A DNA stretch of 62,199 nt, the filler included. It is 4 parts of 4 records of this genome, joined end to end, with 100 filler letters (N's around TTAATTAATTAA, not from the genome) between each part and the next. Parts side by side here need not be neighbours in the genome. Positions count along the whole stretch, not along the records: positions 17,906 to 30,325 come from SRR31156797_6225; 3 more parts are not named here. One strand, 5' to 3'. A program made the position numbers and the translations under genes. This document shows positions 18,645-29,000 of this stretch, piece after piece; positions within the stretch are counted from its first letter, which is position 1, and each line of letters starts with the position of its first letter. The notes below the pieces were generated by a model. It made no database searches and had not been told where the DNA came from. It saw only the letters and a list, made by a program, of their open reading frames with translations.

Positions 18645-21600
18645 GTTTTCTCACCTCATTTTTTGAATAATCACGACTACTTCCAACTGTTTTTCTTACG
18701 AACACTTTACAGACTAAATCCATTTGCTGATCTTTCAAAAACTCACGCACAAAATCAGCCTTGGCCCAAAGCCTTCTTCCTTGTGACTGAGGAGCGTAAA
18801 CATAATAATTTTCTCGTTCGCTTTCAGGCTCATCGCACCAACTTTCATATTTCACAACAACTTCTTTTGACTCTTTACGCATCCACGCATTATCAGCCGG
18901 ATCCAAAGTTAATTTTTGGTTTAACTTGGTTCCAGGTAATACAGCTAACATACCAACTTCGTACCGCAAGGGGTCATGCTCATCAAATTTCAAATCATGA
19001 TTATTAAACCTAAGCCAACCAACAAACGAAAAAGGTAAGCTGTTTATAGCGAAAGACTCATCTTCAGCAGGAATTCCATAACTATAATGATTATCTGTTG
19101 ACTGTAGAGCTCTGACCAATGCAGGAGCTGTCTGTGGAGCAACTAAGGCAGTATTTATCTGTATTAAACACTCTCTATTTGGAGATTTAAAAGAATAATC
19201 AGCATTGATAGCTACCCACTCCTGAGATTCGTCGGCGGAAACACCTAAAAATTTAAAAAAATCATCATCTGAAGCTGTTTCAATCCACTCCTCATCCTCG
19301 TGAGGAGAAGGAAACCACAATTCACTCTCAAGAGGAGTTGCCCCTTTGTTATCGGAAATCCATCTATCAGGTTGTGACTGACGGCACTTTTCAAGCCATT
19401 CTTCAAAGCTGTAATAATAATCCTCATTCTTAAGAACTGAATGGGTTTGCAACAATTCACCGACTACGCAATGCATGGCATTCCATTCCAAATACCTTAC
19501 GTACACTTCTTTACGCGGATATGAGCCATGCCTATGATCTGTATATCTCCAATTTGGTCCTCGAAATCTGTTCTGTCGATTGTCTATAGCCCATCCATCG
19601 CCAGTCACTGGAGCTTGCCATTTATCAACAATCCAACTTTCAGCACTATTAAGAAAGTCTTCCTCAGTCACAGAAGGAAAAAGCGATAACGGAATATCAT
19701 ACCAATATTGCAAAGTATCAAGGGAATCAAAATGAAATCGCCTCCCTTTATTCGAGTCATGCCCAAATCCCCTACCATGATATGATTCTCCTTTAGACGT
19801 TCTTGCTATAGGAGAATTAACCTTATCTAGACTTTCATATTCAACAGCACTCAATTCAATAGCACCGACCTTATACAACTGCAGCAGTGTCCTTTTGGAA
19901 TACTCTCTTATTGCTACATGAGGCAGCTCTGATGATAATGCAAAATCTAACAGATCATTTTTAAATATGGAAAGATCCTCTGGAGTTTCGAAAGCAATCC
20001 TATGGAGCGAAATAACTAACCAAAGCTTAGCCGAAAGATGATAAAAAGGATTACCTGCCGCCAAAAAAGAGCCATCTGAATCTCTCGAATACTGAGCTAC
20101 CGTAGCCTTCAAAACGTCATGGCATCCAAGCCTTGCCAATTTCCTAAGAACATGAGCAGCTTCCCACCGAATATGCTTGTCGATATCCCCCATCATTACA
20201 AAAAGAAACCTTGCAACTGATTCAGTGACAGACTCGAAATCATTTAAAGACTCAGAGCAAAACCTGTCATCCTCAGGAATCTGCTTATGGATATGGCCCA
20301 AATACCATATAAACAGTTCATTGACCTCATCTGAATTGAGTTCTTGCACAAGCCTTCCGGCCAGCACAAAGAGCTGTCTGCTTGTCAAAGACTGCTTTGA
20401 ATTTATCAGGCTATCCCTAAAAACTTTAAAACGCCCATCGCTATCAAGCCCAGCCTTGTCGAGAAGATATAACCAACTTGAGTCACCATAATCCCACCAA
20501 GTATGATTCTCGAAAAATTTAACAAGGCCCTCTGGTAGACGGTCCATAATCCATTGTTGAACTGCAGGAGTCTTGCCCCACTCTTCAATAGCATTTCTAA
20601 ATAAATCGAGAACGGATTGTGCTTCAACATCATCAATTGGTAAATCAGCAACGGCATTAAGAAAAGCAGCACGGAAACGCGGCCCAGAAGAGCGAGTCAT
20701 CATTTCTGCAAGCAAACAGGACTCGAAAAGAGCGTCATCAAGATCAGACTTTCGGGCAATCTCTAAAACTTCAAGAATACGTTCAGCAGACGAAAAGTAT
20801 TTATCCTCAATTTCAAGTTTTGCCAGAGTCAATTCTTTTCTATCTGAGCCATACGACAAATGCCTAGCATCGTCTCTTGTATTTTTTTTACTATCACCAT
20901 GTTTATCTAAAAAATCGATGGTTTGCTCAAGCCGATCTCCCCACCGCCCCTTTGAACTTGAACTTTCGAGATATTGACTCAAAATCTCACGCCCAAAATC
21001 ATGTCTAGTGTTTTGCGGGCGATACAATAAGGTATCTTTCGCCATCTCTTCCAACAGCGGGCCCAGGCTATCTTCTTTGTCATGTGAACCGGATACTATT
21101 TCATCTCTCAACTCACTGGAGCACCCCCCGAAAAAAGTAGATAAACTATAGGCCAATTCTGGAGTTATTTTCTTTAGCTGAAGTGCTACAGAAATCCACT
21201 CAGGTAGGGTAAAACCAATTGAAACAACTCCACGGTCAGACCACCGTGATATGGCAGCAAGTGAGTAGACAATATTTATAGTTGATAATGTACGTGCAAA
21301 ATCCTCCCACGGTAAACGGTCAAGATAATCTGAGATATGACCAACAATATCAGCGAAATTGTCGCATAACACGGCACTGTCTTTAAGGTTATTAATCTTC
21401 GCATAAAGCGAAGCGGTTCCTAAAAAATTAACTTGGTCTAAGATTTCAGTATCAATACCACTGGCCATTTCCATGGATTCTTTAAAAAATATTTCTGCAT
21501 CATCCGGACTGGTGGGTAATAACAGCCAAGCAAGCTGCAGCCCTGATGCCATTTTATCGGAAACAACTTCCTTGTTCGTTTTAATTGTTTCAAAACACTT

Positions 21601-24600
21601 AGAGGACACATCTAAAACGTCTTCATACTCATCGACACGAAGAGCCATCAGAGGTATCAAATTCATACATTTAGTAACGGAATGACCTTCACACTTGATT
21701 CCTAGAATATCCTTGCATCTGCCAAAGAGCTCTACCCCTTTAAGCTCCTTCACACACAACAGACGCATTACACTTTGGGCTGCTTTTTCAGTTATACGCG
21801 AAGTCTCATAATCTCTATCCGGCCAATATCCAATTAAAGAAACCATTCCTTCCAAGGAATCTGAATCTATCGTTTCTCCAGATCTAAACTTCCGTAAAAT
21901 GTCCACCCGTCTTACATATATTGGGGTCACTCCACCAATGAATCTTTTTAATTCTTCAAAATCCGAAGATTGGTAACTTTGTTTTTGGTCATCTTCCGAG
22001 TCAGGCTTAAAAATGACCAGCCTATCATCAAAATTATCTTTACGTTTTTCATGCCCCCTAATGATATCACTCAAAAGCCAACACCTAATGAGTGCGTCTA
22101 TTCTAGGTATCTCTGATTTAAACAATCTATTTTTGAGAGCGGTCATTTTTTTTAAAATACGCTCAACGACCTGCAAAACAACTCCGGTATCCACCCCAAA
22201 AGCGTAAGCCTGTTCGCAAGCCAAAATAAAAACATCCAGTAAATCAGCTTTCCATGACATTCCATTGGACGACCACATATTATCAATATCAGGAATGGTG
22301 ATTGCGGATACTCTTCGCAAAGAGCTCTGAAGAATCTCCGGAGCTATATCTTCCCCGGCCATTAGCAAATTAACAATGAGCACTAAATCCCAAGGTTTCG
22401 GAACAATGCCACTATCAAGCAACTCTTTTAGTTCAAAAGCCTTGCCACTTGCGATAAGCCTTGGAACCAAAGAGATGGCAACCTTTAACTTCACATACAC
22501 AGGTCGCCATCGCATAAGGTAATGAAAAGCTTTAGCTGTTCCGCCCAACTCCAAAACAGTTTCGGTCAAGGCCGCAATATCATTATCTGTAATCGACCAA
22601 TTATTCCTTACTCCATCCGAGTCTGCATGTTTTCTCCTGCTATCCAACCACAATTCATAATAATGTAATTTTTCCCTTGCTAGAGCAGTTCTCCCCCTTC
22701 TTGCTTGCCTCAACGCCTCATGAGCTAAAAAAGATCCATGCTTATGGGCTAACTCGGAATCCATAAGCACTTTTCTATGAACAGAGTCATAAGCAAACTC
22801 CACTGAAAGTCCGAGATGTTCATCAAGCACCCGACTGATCATGCTGTCGCTATAGGTCGCCTGGGCACTGTGGAGAACAGTTTTTATTACATCAACTTTT
22901 GACCCTGAATTCTTATGCGAATGAAGTGACAATCTCATTCTATTTAACTGTATTTGATAAGACTCGACAGGATCAGTAACCGCTGAAATTTGGGGATCAT
23001 CCTCAAGTAGACCCAAAATTTCAGTAGCCCTATTAGCTTTAACCAAAAAATCAGCAATATGAACAGCACTGTATGAGCTATCTTTATTGGTTTTCAAAAA
23101 ATGACTTGCGGACTTTTCAATAATCTTCTGCCGATTAACAACTCCTCTGGTTCCTATAAAATCGGCATAATCTTCGTCAGCAATCGTGATGCTGTCTTCG
23201 CGAATTATCAAGCCGGGAGCGAGATCTGAAACAATGTCTTTGATCTCTCCTTTAGTAACTTCAAGCACCTCCGCTATTGCCTCCAATTCTATTGGAGCAG
23301 GAAGAACTGAAAGAGCTGAAACAAAATCATCAAAAATATCGGGCCGCCCCATCCTTTTCAAAGCTGTCTCAAAAATGGAATCAAACACATCATCCAGCCC
23401 CTTCCCCTTTGGCATAAGAGGAATCAAAAGATCTTCGAGTCCTTCCGAATATTCAAGCGCATAACCTTGAACCCGCGGCACTCCATTTGAAAGGAGATGC
23501 AATTGCTCAGCAAGCAACTGATCTGCCTCTGGATAGGATAGACTTAAATTTTCAACCGTCTCTTCCAATGAAAACGGTAGGCATTCTATCTCCACCCCAT
23601 TCTTAGGAAAAGAAATCAGATCTCTGCGGGCAGTTCTGCATGAAACGATAAATCTTATGTTCGCTGGAAGACGTTCCAAATTCGCTTTTAAAAAATCGTA
23701 AATAAACGGTTGCTCAGGCGGATCACAAAATTTAGCAGCAGCAACAGAATTATCTACTGCATCAATCATTATCGTGAGTGTCTTTTTAGGATCGACCTCA
23801 TGCAGTATATTACTAGCTATTTCAAGTTGATCAATAAACCTACTTATATCAAATGGGTATTTACTATTCCTCGGAAACTGAAGGGGTAAATTCAGACATA
23901 CAGAAACATCATTAACTATCTGCAAAAAAGCTTTCTTAGCCAAATGTCTCTTATCATCGGCATAAACATAACTCCCCCCGCCGAAACAGTCATAAATGAC
24001 CGAATATGAGTCCTCCATCGCAGCAGCGGCTTGCTGCAAAAGAGTTGTCTTTCCGCACCCTCCATCCCCATGGACAAGAATAAGTTTCTGGCCTTCATTA
24101 AGCGCGACTAGCAAATCATTTAGTGCTGCCCGTCCAACAACCAACCCTAAAGGTTTGAGAACTGGCTTACACGGGAAAAGCCCTTTTTCATCCCTTACAC
24201 CTAACCAAGACATTATAGTGGTTCTGGTAGCAACTCTTTGACTCTCAGGAAGCATCATTTCACGGGTATTCATATGAAGCTGCTTCATTTCCTGAAGAAA
24301 ATCGTCCCCAAGCTGATCGGCGAGAGATCCTAACACCTTCTCTTTATAAGCAAACCTTGAGTTTTTCCCACACTCACTAAAATCAAGGACCTTGAGGAAA
24401 TTCATAAATGCTTTTTTGCCAAGCCCAGAACCCTTTCGAAGCTTTTCATAATTAACACTGTCTTCTTCCGAACGAACTGAAATATCCCTGAAATTTAATA
24501 CTGCTCTAATGTCTTTAGCGGCCTGCTGATTGCTTACCAGCTGAATCCTTATATTCTCTACATCAATAGACTTGATAGCTTCTTTAAAATCATTTGCCAT

Positions 24601-24924
24601 TTTCCGAATTACGGAATTATTTTTACTTGTAGCAGAGCTGTCCACTAGTCGAGCAACAGACCATTTTCCTGCCGGGTTAGATGCTGAATATTTAAGCTGA
24701 ATAAACTCAACTTTATATGACGACTCTAGACTTTGCCCTCCATAGTAAAGCGTACAATCAACTCCAGCCCAATCGTGATCAGAGTTCTTGTCTGTCTCAA
24801 CACCTTCAACTCCCACCGCAGTCAGTTGCGTATTAGGTTGAAGAAGCTCTAGAATTTTAAGAAGAGCAAAAAGTTCATGATATTGGTCACCAGTATTTGA
24901 TCCGAGAGCACCTGAGTATTCCAT
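18574..24924 (-). CDS. avs3a: Avs3a-like anti-phage STAND NTPase with an N-terminal PD-(D/E)xK (Cap4-like) nuclease and a long helical sensor region
   Basis: 2116 aa. N-terminal 'GDQYH...D...QLKYS' nuclease, Walker A GDGGCGKTT, 'YDCFGGG', Walker B IDAVDN and 'SNGVPRVQ'. The size and the downstream small partner match Avs3. Confidence 0.8.
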   Translation of the reverse strand: MEYSGALGSNTGDQYHELFALLKILELLQPNTQLTAVGVEGVETDKNSDHDWAGVDCTLYYGGQSLESSYKVEFIQLKYSASNPAGKWSVARLVDSSATSKNNSVIRKMANDFKEAIKSIDVENIRIQLVSNQQAAKDIRAVLNFRDISVRSEEDSVNYEKLRKGSGLGKKAFMNFLKVLDFSECGKNSRFAYKEKVLGSLADQLGDDFLQEMKQLHMNTREMMLPESQRVATRTTIMSWLGVRDEKGLFPCKPVLKPLGLVVGRAALNDLLVALNEGQKLILVHGDGGCGKTTLLQQAAAAMEDSYSVIYDCFGGGSYVYADDKRHLAKKAFLQIVNDVSVCLNLPLQFPRNSKYPFDISRFIDQLEIASNILHEVDPKKTLTIMIDAVDNSVAAAKFCDPPEQPFIYDFLKANLERLPANIRFIVSCRTARRDLISFPKNGVEIECLPFSLEETVENLSLSYPEADQLLAEQLHLLSNGVPRVQGYALEYSEGLEDLLIPLMPKGKGLDDVFDSIFETALKRMGRPDIFDDFVSALSVLPAPIELEAIAEVLEVTKGEIKDIVSDLAPGLIIREDSITIADEDYADFIGTRGVVNRQKIIEKSASHFLKTNKDSSYSAVHIADFLVKANRATEILGLLEDDPQISAVTDPVESYQIQLNRMRLSLHSHKNSGSKVDVIKTVLHSAQATYSDSMISRVLDEHLGLSVEFAYDSVHRKVLMDSELAHKHGSFLAHEALRQARRGRTALAREKLHYYELWLDSRRKHADSDGVRNNWSITDNDIAALTETVLELGGTAKAFHYLMRWRPVYVKLKVAISLVPRLIASGKAFELKELLDSGIVPKPWDLVLIVNLLMAGEDIAPEILQSSLRRVSAITIPDIDNMWSSNGMSWKADLLDVFILACEQAYAFGVDTGVVLQVVERILKKMTALKNRLFKSEIPRIDALIRCWLLSDIIRGHEKRKDNFDDRLVIFKPDSEDDQKQSYQSSDFEELKRFIGGVTPIYVRRVDILRKFRSGETIDSDSLEGMVSLIGYWPDRDYETSRITEKAAQSVMRLLCVKELKGVELFGRCKDILGIKCEGHSVTKCMNLIPLMALRVDEYEDVLDVSSKCFETIKTNKEVVSDKMASGLQLAWLLLPTSPDDAEIFFKESMEMASGIDTEILDQVNFLGTASLYAKINNLKDSAVLCDNFADIVGHISDYLDRLPWEDFARTLSTINIVYSLAAISRWSDRGVVSIGFTLPEWISVALQLKKITPELAYSLSTFFGGCSSELRDEIVSGSHDKEDSLGPLLEEMAKDTLLYRPQNTRHDFGREILSQYLESSSSKGRWGDRLEQTIDFLDKHGDSKKNTRDDARHLSYGSDRKELTLAKLEIEDKYFSSAERILEVLEIARKSDLDDALFESCLLAEMMTRSSGPRFRAAFLNAVADLPIDDVEAQSVLDLFRNAIEEWGKTPAVQQWIMDRLPEGLVKFFENHTWWDYGDSSWLYLLDKAGLDSDGRFKVFRDSLINSKQSLTSRQLFVLAGRLVQELNSDEVNELFIWYLGHIHKQIPEDDRFCSESLNDFESVTESVARFLFVMMGDIDKHIRWEAAHVLRKLARLGCHDVLKATVAQYSRDSDGSFLAAGNPFYHLSAKLWLVISLHRIAFETPEDLSIFKNDLLDFALSSELPHVAIREYSKRTLLQLYKVGAIELSAVEYESLDKVNSPIARTSKGESYHGRGFGHDSNKGRRFHFDSLDTLQYWYDIPLSLFPSVTEEDFLNSAESWIVDKWQAPVTGDGWAIDNRQNRFRGPNWRYTDHRHGSYPRKEVYVRYLEWNAMHCVVGELLQTHSVLKNEDYYYSFEEWLEKCRQSQPDRWISDNKGATPLESELWFPSPHEDEEWIETASDDDFFKFLGVSADESQEWVAINADYSFKSPNRECLIQINTALVAPQTAPALVRALQSTDNHYSYGIPAEDESFAINSLPFSFVGWLRFNNHDLKFDEHDPLRYEVGMLAVLPGTKLNQKLTLDPADNAWMRKESKEVVVKYESWCDEPESERENYYVYAPQSQGRRLWAKADFVREFLKDQQMDLVCKVFVRKTVGSSRDYSKNEVRKHVRIILLRADGTIYQASGDFGTW

Positions 24925-24982
24925 TGCTAATTAACCCACTAGCTACAATTAAACTTAAAAAACACACTATCCATTTATATTA

Positions 24983-25831
24983 TCAAATCACATATGCTAA
25001 TGGCCCATTTAAACTTATAAAACCTCTAACATCGTTCAACTCAATCGGTACAATTATAGATCCCTCTGCTCCACATGCAACTTCATATTCAGAAAAACAA
25101 AGATACAAATAAGCTCCCTCATAGTAATACTTCTGATCATCTTCAACTGTATCAAAGTGATCCGCTATCCCCTTATCTTTGAACCACCTTTTGACTAGCT
25201 GATTAATTTTATCTTTATACCCCGACCTGAAAAGATCTTTAAATTCAACAATTTCACCATTATCAACATTCAAATTTACACACTCCAAAATATTGGCAGC
25301 CCCTCCAGCTCCATGTCCATAATAAGTACCCTCTGCAACAACACTTAAGAACATATCATCAACGGAAGCCTTCGCAATTATCATAGTTAGATCTTCTGTA
25401 CCGTCATACCTATCATGAGCACCTACGACTTCCTTAATAAGCCCATTGATCTTCTTTTCAACAATTTTATTATTTAACCCAGTTAATTGTATATAATCTA
25501 TGTTTATCGTTGCAACCTCAACATTAGTACCTGGGTTATTATCCGGAATCCTTCTTTCAAAACGATATTTTAATATTTTAGGACTTTCTTTACTTAAAGA
25601 AACACAATCTCTTGTATTATAAGAGACAAATTTATCTGTTATAAACAAAAACAAAACTACAAAAGTAAATAAATACATTGTGTGCATATATATTTTATAT
25701 GACTGTTCCTTATCAAAAGAAGCATGACCTTTATACTTAATTACACAGATCCCCAAAGAATAAACAGATACAACACACAGTCCGACAAACCCAGCTTTAG
25801 ACAAAATCATTTCAATAAAAGCAGAATTCAC
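24983..25831 (-). CDS. Two-TM membrane protein with a C-terminal RsiV/PdaC-like (DUF4163/DUF3298) domain
   Basis: Two hydrophobic helices in aa ~10-65. The C-terminus has 'IDYIQL....VEKKING', 'YYGHGAGG', 'NLNVDNGEIVEFKDLF' and 'LCFSEYEVACGAEG.I.VPI', which resemble DUF3298/RsiV. Confidence 0.6.
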   Translation of the reverse strand: MNSAFIEMILSKAGFVGLCVVSVYSLGICVIKYKGHASFDKEQSYKIYMHTMYLFTFVVLFLFITDKFVSYNTRDCVSLSKESPKILKYRFERRIPDNNPGTNVEVATINIDYIQLTGLNNKIVEKKINGLIKEVVGAHDRYDGTEDLTMIIAKASVDDMFLSVVAEGTYYGHGAGGAANILECVNLNVDNGEIVEFKDLFRSGYKDKINQLVKRWFKDKGIADHFDTVEDDQKYYYEGAYLYLCFSEYEVACGAEGSIIVPIELNDVRGFISLNGPLAYVI

Positions 25832-26048
25832 ACTAACGTCCTTAAATATTTACAAACAGCTCTCAAAAAAACACAATTCAACTACTATTACGATAACTTA
25901 CACACATAAGATAAAGAAATTGCGTTCAAATCACAAACTCAAATTTTTATGAAATTCATAGCCAATAAAGGTGACATTACTACCAAAGACGCTTAAATCA
26001 TAAAAAAACAATTATCTAAAAGTCAAAACCATATAACAATAAATATCA

Positions 26049-29000
26049 ATGCAAGACATCTTCGACATCACAGAAAAAGAAATCCAAGAGTTAACTGACT
26101 CAGACCTTCGCACACTCATTGGCCTTCTTTGCGAGGCAGAACTTGAACGTAACAACCTCCCAGTAACCGCTGCTAAGTGGGGTGGAAACCAACGCGCCGC
26201 TGATGGTGGCCTTGATGTCTATGTCGATCTGGAAAATCCAACGGAAGCAATAGGAGAAATCCCACGCTGGAAGACGGGCATTCAGGTCAAGCAAGAAAAA
26301 ATGCCTAGAAATAAAATCATTAAGGAAATGTGCCCAAAAGGCATTCCTCGTGCTGTTCTTACCGAACTCGCATCAAATAATGGTGCTTATTTAATAGCTT
26401 GCGGCAAGGAATCGACCTCACCGCCTATGCGAAAAGACAGACTAGAGGCTATGCATGAAGCTTGCAAAACCGTTCCGGGAATAAAGAACCTTAAACTGGA
26501 TTTTTTCGATAGCAGTAATATCAAATCATGGACCCGCAAACATCCCAGCCTAGTTTTATGGGTCAAGGCAAACCTAGGAACAAACTCTAGTGGATGGCAA
26601 CCACATGACAACTGGTCAGAATGTCCTGATGGAATATACGGGAAGTTCATTTTAGATGATTCATCCAAGATCTACGATGATCGCAGTAAAGACACAGACG
26701 GATTATCGGCAGAGGACGGACTAAACAGGATCAGAACGCTTCTGCATGAAGAGCGTAGCTGCATCCGGCTTGCAGGACTATCAGGTGTTGGTAAAACCAG
26801 ATTTGCTCAAGCTCTTTATGACGAACGCATTGGACAAAATCCCCTTCCAAAATCAATCGCCTGTTATACAGACATTGCTCATAGCCCATCCCCCACTCCG
26901 CGAGACATGGCTTTACAATTAATAGCCCTGAATAAAAGAGCTATCCTAATAGTGGATAACTGCCCGCCGGATTTGCACGATGAACTCAGCAAAGTTTGCA
27001 CCCGTGCTGATAGCAAAATAAGCCTGCTAACCGTTGAATACGATATTCGTGATGACAAGCCAGAACGGACAGATGTGTTTCGTATGGAACCGTCTTCCAA
27101 CGATCTCATTGAAAAACTTATTTCAAGCAGATTCAAGGACATCAATAATCTTGAAGCCAGACGAATAGCAGAATTTTCTGAAGGCAATGCTCGCATAGCA
27201 ATCGCTCTCGCTGAGACATTTGAAAAAGGCGATGCAATCCTTACTCTTGAAAACAACGAACTTTTCAAACGTCTCTTCCATCAGCGCAATACTGAAGATG
27301 ATAGTTTGATGCGAGCTGCTGAAGTCCTCTCACTTGTCTACTCATTCGATGGTGAAACGCTTGGCCCTCCGGAAAGTGAACTTGATAGACTGGCTGAACT
27401 GGCTGGCATGCCCGCTATGGAATTGTATCGCCACGTTGCAACTCTCCTAAAAAGAGGTTTAGCGCAGAAACGCTCAAAATGGCGTGCAGTACTTCCGCAT
27501 GCAATTGCCAACAGACTTGCTAAGCAGGCACTGGAGAATATACCTACACAATTGATTAAAAATGCTTTCGACAGAGATGAATCAGGAAGATTGATTAAGT
27601 CGTATACAAGAAGGTTGGGATATCTTCATGACTGCGAAGCCGCACAAAAGATCGTTAAGGGATGGCTACAGCCGGATAGTTGGCTTGGAAATATTTCAAA
27701 ACTGAACGAATTCGGAATTACATTACTTATTAATATTGCTCCTGCCGCTCAAGAAGAAACTCTTGAAGCAATAGAGCGTGCTGCCGATGGCTCAGAAGAA
27801 GCAACATTTGCGTCCAAACAAAACCCACACTACATTGAAATTACAAGATTACTCCAAAAGATAGCGTACGAGCCACACTTATTTAAACGCAGCTGCCTGA
27901 TTCTTTTGAAATTTGCAACGACCGAAAAGCCTAATGACAACTACAATTCGATCAAAGATCTAACATCATCACTATTTTACCTTAAACTATCAGGAACTCA
28001 TGCAAATGTTGACCAGCGTTTAGAAATTTTATCCGAGTGTATTGCCAAAGGATCGCTATTCTCTTCCATGGCAATACCAATATTAAATGGACTACTCCAA
28101 TCTAACTCTTTTACTTCAGGTGCTAGTTTCGAATTCGGAGCAAGACCTAGGGATTACGGATACCTCCCTAAGACATGGGGAGAAGTTACTAAATGGTATA
28201 GCACATCAATAATTTTCATTAAAAACGCAATCCTGAACAACTCTGAGTTTGCAGATGACTTTAAAGTCGTATTAGCAGACCACTTTAGATCGCTTTGGAC
28301 AAATGCAAACGCCATAGATGAACTTGAAAAAACTGCGATCGCAATCAACGACAAAAGATTCTGGAAAGAGGGCTGGATAGCCATACGTAGAACAATTTTT
28401 TATGACAGAAAAGAATTGCACCAAGAGTCGCTGTCGCGACTACTAGAACTTGAGAAAAGAATCTCAGCTAAAGACCTATTTGAAGAAGCTCAGATCTACG
28501 CACTCACGGAAAGATGGGGAGCTCTCGACTCACTTGAATATGAAGATGGAAAATCTCGTGATTTAGAACACGTAACAGAGCATACCCTCGAATTAGCTCA
28601 AAAAACGGCCATAAATATAGATGTTCTTCAGAAACTGCTTCCCAGCTTAGTATCGACGCACGGCAATACATCAACGTTCGGTCAGGGACTTGCTGTAGGA
28701 TGCTCCACACCTGACCTGATATGGAATCTACTTTTAAACGCTTCAGCAGATATTCAAAAAGAAAAAAGGGAGTATGCTATTTTTCTTGGATTCCTAAATG
28801 GAATGCGTAGCCGAGACGTACAGTGGTTTAACTCAAAACTAGATCACATAGTAAACGACAACATTCTTGCCCCATACTTCCCTAGTATCCAGTGTAACTT
28901 TGAAAATGATCAAAAAGCAGCAAGACGACTATTTGAAGCTTTAGAATTAAACATAGCTGCAACTTGGCAATATAATAGAATTTGGGCACTTGAAATTGAT

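Noticed and set aside
18663-24241. Many 60-134 aa ORFs antisense or out of frame within avs3a, and similar ones within the RND, recQ, DASS and bEBP genes
   Set aside because: They are shadow ORFs fully overlapping long motif-bearing genes and have no recognisable domains.
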